Source: Antedon mediterranea
Lineage: Eukaryota > Animalia > Echinodermata
Assembly (NCBI RefSeq): GCF_964355755.1
Contig: NC_092673.1
Span: 24,115,648 to 24,179,647, forward strand
DNA length: 64,000 bases
Reading direction: 5' to 3'
In this document: positions 12,397 through 24,300 of the stretch, piece after piece
How positions within the stretch are numbered: the stretch's first letter is position 1
How the letters are laid out: each line of letters begins with the position of its first letter
Position numbers and translations under genes: made by a program
The notes under the pieces: generated by a model
The model's input: only the letters and a program-made list of their open reading frames with translations
The model's database searches: none
What the model was told of the DNA's origin: nothing

Positions 12397-15300
12397 TTAA
12401 CTGCCATTGTTAGCGTTTGCCGTTATCTTGCTTCGCAGTCGTTGATGCTCTCGTAGTCTGTGGAAAAAATAATAAAAATAATTCAATACTGTCACGTATT
12501 CTATTTCGTTTTTAGATATGTACAGTAGTATATATCGTAAGGTTTGCATGGTGAAATAAATATGTTTAGGTAAAGTTTGTGGTACGTCCTGTGAAAAGAA
12601 TTGTTGAGTTTCTTGATGTTTCCATCAATATACTTTGATTTGTCCTATATACCGCAAACTATATACAGTAGTATACAAATTAAATGACTGTTTATGAGTG
12701 TATTCACCTAATAATGTATTTTTCTGAATATTTTTATGAATGCATAAAAAATGGCCCTGTATGTGTTAGGCATAAAAAATCGGCCCTTCCGGAATGAGAC
12801 TCACGCATTATGCATGAGAGTTGGCAGGTATACAACAGAATGATAAAATAAGCTTTTGGGTTCACACTAAGACAAAAAACTTCTTTTTTCAAAACACATG
12901 GTGTATCACACACAAAGTGCATTTTTCTTTTGTATTCAAACAAGTGTAATGTATGTAACATATTATGTTGCTGTTGCTGAAGAAATAAATTATTATGTTG
13001 TATCACTGTACCTGAGAGCATTGACCTTGATAAACCCAAGTGCATCTGTTGGTTCGTAATCGCCTTTCACGTTCATACTGTAAACAAATACATTTATGAA
13101 TTATAATTACACTTATAACGCATTGATACTAGAAGATGGAGAGCACACATACCGACTCTTCCATTTATCATACCACATTATTATTGCAGTTGCAAAATAG
13201 CGCATTGGTACGCGAGAAGATTAAGAAAATGTGTGTTTATACTTTCCTTTGTAAGATAGCGCATTATATACAAGATTTCATAATCAGCACTTCAAACACA
13301 AGTAAATTGACAATCATAATTTTATGACTTACCTCACTAACTCTTCATTGTATAATGAATATGCAGATTCTCTGCCTCGGATGTAGATTTGACCTTTGTA
13401 CACAGAAAGTATCACACGTCCTGCAACGAACTCTTGGCTTTTGTTGATACAGAATCGCGAGAACTCGCATTCTGGACTGTACCAGTATCCACGGTAGACT
13501 TGCTCCGAGAACTGTATCGAGAGTCCTTGCTTCATACGCCGTACTTCCTTGAGTGGAAAAACAATAAAAAATAAATTAAGACGAGTCCAGATATTGGGAT
13601 GAGTTACTGTATATACAACAAAGTCTCCCACTAGCGAACATATCCCTTGCCCCAAAGATTTTTAATAGAGAAATTATCTGCCTCAGAGTGGGTATCCTCA
13701 CACCCACTCCAGGGTTGTTATCTGCCTCAATCCTCACACCCACTCCAGGGTTGTTATCTGCCTCAGAGTGGGTATCCTCACACCCACTCCAGGGTTGTTA
13801 TCTGCCTCAGAGTGGGTATCCTCACACCCACTCCAGGGTTGTTATCTGCCTCAGAGTGGGTATCCTCACACCCACTCCAGGGTTGTTATCTGCCTCAGAG
13901 TGGGTATCCTCACACCCACTCCAGGGTTGTTATCTGCCTCAGAGTGGGTATCCTCACACCCACTCCAGGGTTGTTATCTGCCTCAGAGTGGGTATCCTCA
14001 CACCCACTCCAGGGTTGTTTTCAAGTGTTTTAAAACCTTCTAAAGCTCAGTCTACACTATCAAACTTTATGTGACAAAAAAATGTGATCTGTCCATATAT
14101 GGACATGATGATGTAATATCATTGCCATATTTAAGCATATCAAACTAGTGTAGACAAAGCTTAAGTACAAATTTTGATATATCTATACAATTACAGCATT
14201 CAATGTGATAATAATTTAAAAAAATATATAACTAAAGAACAAATGTAAATGTATACCCGATCTAAAGTGAGATTCTCAATATCCAAGTGGGCTTGCATCA
14301 GTATAGCCATGGCTGGACATTCATAAATGCCTCGAGACTTCATACCAATGTAACGATTCTCTACAATGTCAATACGACCTATACCATGTTGACCTCTGAA
14401 AATCATTACAGAAAAATTTTTTTTTTTCAAAAATTAGTAACAGCTCAGTTATTTTCCCTAACTTACCAAGCTGTACTGTAAATGTCACAAAGTACCGCTT
14501 TAGACCACATGTCACAGAGGGATGCTTTTTACGGAAATGTTAATGTAACTGTAAAATTCAAAGAGCCACGTGTCCGTGTGTGGACTGGTATCAGTAATAT
14601 TTTCACTAAATAAGAATAGTGCGATTACCAATATATAATGGATACAGAACTAAAATTTATTCGGTGTTGTAAAAATGATATAAACATAGCATTACGCTCT
14701 ATTTTACTGATAAAATATTTCTCTTAAACAAATCACGTCTTACCAAATAACTTAAGAATCTTCTGTTCTTCAATTTGCATTCAAAACACAGTATCGGAAG
14801 TATAGGGTTAAAAGGTCAAACTGGGCGACGCCATTTCACAGCATGGAGCAGTGCAGCAGTCAAAACTATTAATTCCTATAGAGGGCTCAGTCAATTACTC
14901 TATCCCCCTATAGTATTAGCAGATCCCCTCTATGATTTTGACTTTCTAATTTGATGTGGGCGCGCTACTCCATGGCTCACAATGGCGCCACCCATTAGCT
15001 CTATTCTATCCTACAATGCCTTTCGCAATTCTTACTCGCTTTGGACAAACAGGAGATTCTTGTGTTATAAGTTCTTTGGTTTTACTTACCCAATGTCATT
15101 AAGGTATGAGTATAACTCAAGTGGGTCTGTCTTGGTAACACCATCAGCTGAATTAGATACTTTAGTAGGTACACCTGTTGAGAAACAAATGCAAAAACTC
15201 TAGTACGATAATGATGACATTGGTACAGTTATACAGTATTGATTGCCTGGGATTTTGAATTAAGATTTCATGGAAACCACTAACTAATCCAACATTCAAA

Positions 15301-18300
15301 TTTATTCAAAATACAACAATCACTCCAAAGATCTTTGATCCAAAATTTGTAAATCCCAAATTTAACCTTTATTTATAACAATTTTGTGTCGTCATCTGAT
15401 AGTAGAGTACTTACCATTTTTAAATTCTATTTCAATTGTTGCTGGCTTTGCTGGTGCTTCTTTTGGGTCTGTTGTCATTTGATAAATATCATCTGGGGCG
15501 TAAGTCTGCAAAATTAAAAACAGAAAAATGTACAAAAACAAAACACCAAAAATGTCATTATGAACAAAACTTGAAGAATCTTAGTTCGAAGGATATTAAA
15601 AAAATCCAAAATAAGCACTAAGAGTGGAGCTGAGCTTATTAAAGATGCTTGGCTGATCCTATAGTCAAATTTCAAGATTTGTTATGACTTTACTTTTATG
15701 CTCTGTCTACACTATCAAACTTTATGTAACAAAAAATGTGATGCGCCCATATATGGACAGACTGTTATGTAGAGCATCTTGTGTGTATGATTGTACTGTG
15801 AATGGATTGTCACCTGTATTTGTTCGTTGACAGTTTGAAATGCCTAAATAAAATAATATAATAATAATTAATCAATCTAACCATAGGGTCTTCCAGTATC
15901 CCTGACTCGTAGCTAATGTGCATCAGATTGCCATCCATGCTCCATGGCTGTTTGGGTGTGACTGGTAGAGGAATGCCTTTCTTCTTTGCAAACTCAAAGA
16001 GATCGTTTCGACCTTGGAAGCGATTGTAGAATTCAGGTATTTTCCATGGAGCAATGATCTATTGACAAATTAAAAATTAAAATGGTAATTTTTTTATGAC
16101 ACTTAGGCACCAGCAGCAAAAGGAGGAGGACCTTGGTTTTTATAAGTAATTTGTCATGAGTTCATTCATGGTTCATTTTTGAAAACATGCAGTATCTCAA
16201 TAGGTTCTACTTTCAACACAGCATATATCCAAGACAATGTGAATACTGGAAGCAATGTTTCATTTATTCCCATTCGAAATTATATTAATCAGAATGTTTA
16301 AATCCTTAAATTATTGAAATATCATACCATACTTTATATGTCATATAAATAATAATAATATTATAAACCAATATATAAATAATACCATATTAACTTCAAA
16401 TACCATTGATTTTTATTCAAATTTTTGAAATATACAATATAAAACTAAATTTTATTATACAAATAATTTTTATGAGCTGAATGGTGAGAATATTTCATGA
16501 GTTGAAAAAATGACTGCTCTATTTTGTTGGATGCTTTAGGCAATGTTTAGTTTTTGTTTTAAATTTTTATAGTTAAAATGATGACTACCGTACATAAACT
16601 GGGAACATGCATGATTTACACCTTAATTTCTGGTATATGCAGTTATATGGGTTTTTGTAAAGAATTTGGTAGTTTTTTAAGTTCATGGATTAGTTCCCTT
16701 TGGTTTTCCACCTTGAGAACTCCAAAACAATGCACTCTTTGGGTGATTTCTTTGTTTCCTCTACATAACTAGTGGTCCCAGACTAAGGTGCCACAGGCAT
16801 TATTCCTGCTAAGTTCACCATAGGTTACCTTCAAGTTGTATTGATTGAACCAGGGAAACCTGCATGCAATAATTAGTTTAAGCAGGGAGTTGTAAACCCC
16901 CTGGTTTAAGTATGTCTCAAATTAGGTTTAATTTAATTAAAAACAGTAATTTTAAATGAAGGTATCAGGTATTTTTAGCAGCAACAATTTCTGTATGTTT
17001 TTCTAATCAGTAGTACAATAATTTTGTAATGAATTTTTAAATAATGATTTTATTGGTAGAAATTGTAATTTTATTTTCAATCTTATAATTTATCTTAATA
17101 CTTGTTTTTGTACAAATACTACAATTCAGCAATTTTATTGACATTGTTTATCTATTGCTTAGTATGATGTCATGTGTGTGTAATTGTTTGTTTGTCTCAA
17201 TCATTACCTCAACTTCAGGGTACATAGCATAGCAAGCCAGTTCAAATCTGATCTGATCATTTCCCTGTGAATAAATATAAACATGTTTTTTAATTGTTTT
17301 TCAAACATAAACGTAAAAAAATTGAAAGAGCAAATTGACCATTTATGGGTCTATAAGTAGTAGAGTAGTGAGACTACAGTAGAATCCATTTGGCATACCC
17401 CTATTAATACTTTCCTGTGAAGGGAATAAGAGGGAACACTGCAGACAACCCCTTTCAGAGACACTCTATAAAGGAAGGTGTACCCTTAATAAAGGTTCTA
17501 CTGTCAATTAGTTATGGGAACATACAGTAGTTGTGGAGAAAAAGATCTTGATCAAGAAAGAATCTATACATAATACTATTTGGTACTCTAATATTATATA
17601 ACGGCAGACACTGTGAGTGAGTACAATTATTGGATGAAAATTAGATTAGGTTGGTCTGTTAATATTTCAAGTTCAAGTTCAAAAAACATTTATTTGTTCC
17701 ACAATGGCATTATACAGTATAATATATAGGTGTGTACATTATTTAAATGAAAACATGGTAATAAGCCATTATTAGTATCATCCAAATGTTTTACACTATT
17801 ATATATATATATATTATATATGATTTTTATGCTGGGTATTAAAACCAAATTAAAGAAAGGAAATTATAAAAAGGAAATAATATAATAATAATAATATAAC
17901 TAGAATTTAATTCGTCACTTTGACGAATTATAGGTGATAATTTTTATCATTTTACTGAATTTTTTTTTACGTGCACGTACGTTAACATACGATCGTAAAA
18001 TGTTGATGTATGCCATCCTATAATACGCTTATAGTGCTGAGTTGTGCCTATTATATGCCATATACAATATGTACAGTATATAATGTATATCTCTATGTGT
18101 AGCATAGGTGAAATTACGGGACACACATCATGTTCTAATTTTTTGGTATGATGGAATTATCAAAATAAACTCGAAGATGACAATTTCGAAAGATAATGAA
18201 TTGAGAAAATAAATATAAGAATTTGAAGAGAATCTGGCACGTAGAAGCGCTGTGCGCGCTCTTTGAATTTTGTATAACTTTGACGAAAAAGATGAAACAA

Positions 18301-21300
18301 CTACTTTTAAACTTCAACTGGCCATATGTTAACGTCACAACATCTGATAGGCTTGATTTTTATATGAATTCATATCTACATTTCATCAGCTTTCATAATA
18401 AATAATAATCATCAAGGTAACCTTCAATTCTGAAGAGCTGTAAGATATTCAAATTTACGGCGAAGGTGAAATTACACGACCTACGTTATTCAAATTTTTA
18501 CGCATGATGACGTCATAAAAATAAAAATAGTGGCAAATCATGAGAAAGTCAAATTAATTGAGCAATCACACACTAAAATTTGAGCGAAAATCGGGCACAA
18601 AATAACAGAGATGCGTTCTAGTGAATGTGATAAAATATGATGAAAGAGAAAAAAAAACTTAATTTTAAATTCAAGTGGCCATTTGATGATGTCACAACAT
18701 TTTGTACGTAAAATGTGTACATGAATTCATATCTACAACTCAATGGCTTCCAGAATAAGTTAAAAAAATTGGGGGTCATCGTGCATTCTGAAGAATTATT
18801 TTCATTTTAAAAATGCCTTATTTTTCACCATTTTCAGCACTTTGATGCAATTAATGTGCGCATTTTGTCATTTTAAACCTGTCCGTATAGCGTTATTTTA
18901 AGTCGGAACGGACTCAAATTTGGTGAATGTACTAAGGATGGTGAGTAGAAGGCGATTTGTACAAAAAAATCATATTTTTTACGCTTTTTAAGTTATCGCG
19001 CGCGCAAAAACATGTTTTTGCGCAGTAATTTTTGGAAACATGCAAATGGCCTAATTCATGCTCTAAATTGATTAAAACTTAATTTGGAGCTTTTTAAATT
19101 TTTAACGCTCGATTTTACGTGCATGGCCTTAAAACGCGTAAAATATTTTTACCCTTGACCTGAAGTTTAAGTGTAGTGAATTTCATTAATATGTGATAAT
19201 AAATTATGGAGATCATTGATAATGTGATTTCACAAAATGGCGTATAAATGACCTCACGGTTGAGTGATCATGCTGAAAAGCTTATTAGGATTAAGTTGCA
19301 GTATTTGAAAGATATTGTGAAATTTTTGTGATTATTGACATTTAACTTTTTGAGATAATTGACACAAAAAATCTGTACAGAAAGAAATAAAGAAGAAGAA
19401 TAATAAAGATTTTATACAATAACAATAGGTGATCATTTTATTCTAAATGATCACCTAATAAATATTTAAAACCCAATGTTACCTTTCCTGTTGCACCATG
19501 GGATATATAAGCTGCATCAGACTCTTTGGCGACTTGTATCATGCCCTTTGCAATACATGGCCTAGCGAGGGCGGTACCTAATAAATAACGATCTTCATAT
19601 ATTGCATTTGCTTGCACAGCCGGCCAGATGTTCTCGGTCACAAAATCTTTACGCAAATCGAGGCAAACAAACTAAATGAAATATAAATATTTATAGAAGT
19701 CATTATGGTTTAATTAATAGAATAAATATCAATATGTCACTATGAATTCATTTCAGTATTCAAGTAACACGTTCAAGTTGGACTTTTATTTTATTTGCAG
19801 TAATTCCTAAAGTGAACAAAATATAATCAATTGTAGTGTCGCATTTGGTGCGCTCTGTAGTTTATTTGTTAGTATATAATAAATCCAAGAAGTAGGAACA
19901 CTTAATACAAAATTATATTTTATTGTTATCATTTTTTTTTAATTTGACACACATTCTGACTACACAAACTGTCCAAACCTACTGGTGAATCTCCAAATAC
20001 TTTGAGCATACTGTACTACAAACAATTAATAGGGATTTACTGCATGATTTGCTCTGTGAAATGATCAACTGATTTACTTTTTTCACTCAAAATACCAGAA
20101 AAATATTTTTCTGTTATGGTCCAAAAGTTGTGATTAGTGGTATAATTGATATTTACTGTATAGGGCAATTTACACAGACGAGCGGTAATAGTGATAATAA
20201 TGTTCGTTCGTAGGCCATCTATTCGATCATGTATAGAGGCCTCTGGCCCAATTACAGTATAATTGAAAATTATAATACGGTACAGTTGTCTTAAGTTATA
20301 ATACACTTTGTCTTTCTTCAGAAGAATCATGAATATATTTTTATATATATATTTTTATTATTTAATATAGAATCTATGTTATCCCTTATGACCATTGACA
20401 CACACACCGCAAAGAGGACGGGCAAGCGGTTTCCGCTCAGGATAGATACAGATTCTACATGGGACAAGTTACTCGGTTTTCTGCTTACCGTTGCCACTCG
20501 TCTGTGTAAATTGGCCTTAACTGGTTTAGAGAAGGTTTTCTTAAGTTTGTGCTGGGTTTGTAAAGTTTAGAAATACCCATTCTTATATTGAATGAAGTTT
20601 TAAAGTAGAACACTGAATTGTAAAGAAATTCAATGATGATAAAGAAACAAATTTCTCTCTGTTATTTTAACTAATACCAAATCATATTTTATTTTTATTT
20701 TATTCAATCGAAACCAACAGCGATAATTACCGCCAATAACAGGTTTGATACAAACAAAGCCAGGATTGTTTAAAGCACCTTGATTGGTCCTAACATTGAT
20801 CAAGGGCTTCGCTCGTCCAGTACCAACCTTCACCGAGGAAAGGCAGATACTAGATGCAGGGGCTGCCATAAGAGTCAGCAATGCTGATTTCAAATGCCTA
20901 ACGGGACCCCAGCTCCATATACAGCACCCGATATTCCCAGATGGTCTCCCATCCAAGCTCTAACCAGGCCCAACATCGCTTAACTTCGGTGATCTGACGA
21001 GAACCGGTATTTCAACGGTGGTAAAGCCGTATAGTCAACGGTGGTAAAGCCGTATTGTTGCGTCTCTTTAGTTGTTGTCCACACTCAATCCTATTAAACT
21101 ATCTTGTTTGACACCCACTCACCATTTCAATTCAAACAAATTAATTTATTAAATTCATGCCTAGCTTACCCAGATTAAACGTAAATAAAAAAAAACAACA
21201 AACCAATGATGAGGTATGTGGGAATGGTCCAAATGTTGGGTTTTATATTTTTCAAGTTTGGTCAATCAAAAAAACTTCAAAAATAACTATTTTTTAGAAA

Positions 21301-24300
21301 ATTTTACCTTTCTACTTTCTAAATGAATACAGACTGTTACAAAAAAATATGTTAATATGCGCACTGACAGATTCATAAGGAGCATCCAATCAACTAGACG
21401 ATTTCGGTTTAATGCTTTTAAAAAGAACAACATTGTGTGTCATATTGACTTACTGTATGTTTCCATACGTGTTTCATCCAAAAATAGTATTATTATTATT
21501 ATTATTAACATTGGATGATAATAAAAAAAATTGTGCAAAAATTGAATATCGTAACATTTTTAATACACTTTTAGATTACAACACTGAACTGCTCTGGCAC
21601 AACACAAAGTTTGTGTTTGTTTGGTTTTTTTTTTTACCACCATGGCCATAGTTTATAATACAAGATCCTTCAACAACAAATAAAATATTGACCCACTAGC
21701 ATGTTTTGTTTGCATACATTATGTTTTTATGAGTGTTGTTAAAGAAAGATGAAGAAAAACACAAACAATTAGATTATAGATTTTAGTGTACGCCTCTACT
21801 GAAAGCAGTTTTCATAAAAAATGTAATTATTGGAATCTGAAATATCATCTGCGATGAACACTGCACAAGACATTGAAAATAATTAGTACAAAAAACAACA
21901 ATTGAGTTTAAATCCAAACATTAGGTGTAGTATTAGTACAACTGAGAGAGCATAAATGATGATAGTGGAGTTGTGGCTTGGTGGTTATGATGCTTGGTGG
22001 TTATGATGCTTTGCTACCAATATAAGAGTCCTGGGTTCAAGTCATGTCAGTTTCAGGACAACAAAATGAGAAATTATATCTTCACTCCCCAAAAATACTG
22101 TTTATTTACAGCATCTTGTGTACATATGTTTGTCGTGTGAACATGATTAATTTCTAAATATACAGTATAAAAACCAAATTATCCCACTCGTTTATAAACA
22201 TTTTCAAATAGCGCTTTACACTTATTTTACGATTGTTCTTTCCAATACCGAAGTTTCAGAACTATCCCATTTTCATTATTATCACCAAGTCAGATAGCAT
22301 CTAAAAATGTATGTTGAACAACAGTAGACAAGTCACGGTATCTACTAATGGGTTGCTGTTTGTTGTCAGTTTAATTATCATTTCTGCGTTTCAATAAATG
22401 TCAACATTTATTAGGACTTTACAAATTATGAATGCGAACCTCAATCTCAGAGGTCCGATTCATTAATATGTGCATGAACAAATCCATCACTTTCAATAAC
22501 TGTCGTTTAGTTGCCATAGCAACATTATAGGTAAATATCTTAAAGTGGCTTTCAAAGTACAGACCATAAAAATAATAGGTCGATGTGGGCATATTAAAAA
22601 ACATCCTGATTTCGCTCATTTGATTGGCTGATGAAATATAGCTAGAAGACAAGTCTAGTATAAAAAACGCATACATTTCAAAGTACTATGTGTTTGATTG
22701 ATGGTTTGTTTGAGATAGCTTTAAGAAGATGCGCTTTATATCTCTAGACCAGATCACTAGCCAGGCATTCATAGCTCTAGACCAGATCACTAGCCAGGCG
22801 TTTATAGCTCTAGACCAGATCACTAGCCAGTTGTTTATAGCTCTAGACCAGATCACTATCCAGGCGTTCATACTGTAGCTCTAGACCAGATCACTAGCCA
22901 GGCGTTTATAGCTCTAGACCAGATCACTAGCCAGGCGTTTATAGCTCTAGACCAGATCACTAGCCAGTTGTTTATTGCTCTAGACCAGATCACTACCCAG
23001 GCGTTTATAGCTCTAGACCAGATCACTAGACATGCGTTTATAGCTCTAAAGACCAGATAACTAGCCAAGCGTTCATAGCTCTAGACCAGATCACTAGACA
23101 GGCGTTTATATCTCTAGACCAGATCACTAGTCAGGCGTTTATAGCTCTAGACCAGATCACTAGAAAAGGCATTCATAGCTCTAGACCAGATCACTAGCAA
23201 AGCGTTCATAGCTCTAGACCAGATCACTAGCCAGGTGTTTATAGCTCTAGACCAGATCACTAGCCAGTCGTTTATAGCTCTAGACCAGATCACTAGACAG
23301 GCATTTAATAGCTCTATACCAGATCACTAGCCAGGCGTTCATAGCTCTAGACCAGATCACTAGCCAGTCGTTTATAGCTCTAGACCCGATCACTAGACAG
23401 GTATTTAATAGCTCTATACCAGATCACTAGCCAGGCGTTCATAGCTCTAGACCAGATCACTAACCAGTCGTTTATAGCTCTAGACCCGATCACTAGACAG
23501 GTATTTAATAGCTCTAGACCAGATCACTAGCCAGTCGTTTATAGCTCTACACAAGATTACTAGTCAGATGTTTATAGCTCTAGACCAGATCACTAGACAG
23601 GTGTTTAATAACTCTAGACCAGATCACTAGCCAGGCATTTAATAGCTCTAGACCAGATCACTAGCCAGGCATTCATAGCTCTAGACCAGATCACTAGCCA
23701 GGCATTTAATAACTCTAGACCAGATCACTAGCCAGGCATTTAATAGTTCTAGACTAGATCACTAGCCAGGCATTTAATAACTCTAGACCAGATCACTAGA
23801 CAGGCATTTAATAGTTCTAGACCAGATCACTAGCCAGGCATTCATAGCTCTAGACCAGATCACTAGCCAGGCATTTAACAACTCTAGACCAGATCACTAG
23901 CCAGGCGTTTAATAACTCTAGACCAGATCACTAGCCAGGCATTTAATAGTTCTAGACTAGATCACTAGCCAGGCATTTAATAACTCTAGACCAGATCACT
24001 AGCCAGGCATTTAATAACTCTAGACCAGATCACTAGCCAGGCATTTAATAACTCTAGACCAGATCACTAGCCAGGCATTTAATAACTCTAGACCATATCA
24101 CTAGCCAGGCATTTAATAACTCTAGACCAGATCACTAGCCAGGCATTTAATAGTTCTAGACTAGGGTCGTGTTCGTACGGTGGTTAAAATAAGCGCTTAA
24201 TTTCACCCATGCCTCGGGTTATAAATTGAGCGTTGTTCGTACTTGAAATATTTAACCGCTTAAATGCTTAATCGACGAATCACAAACCGGAAATTACGTT

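Noticed and set aside
13647-14074. Three overlapping repetitive ORFs (91-128 aa)
   Set aside because: Artefacts of the stop-free 44-bp minisatellite inside an ASS1 intron.
20918-21034. Functional 5S rRNA gene
   Set aside because: Many substitutions, single copy, no T-run terminator, and fused to a body and A-rich tail. Better explained as a SINE3 head.
21965-22050. tRNA gene (and a similar one at about 675-745)
   Set aside because: Only degenerate A and B boxes and no cloverleaf; old SINE head remnants.
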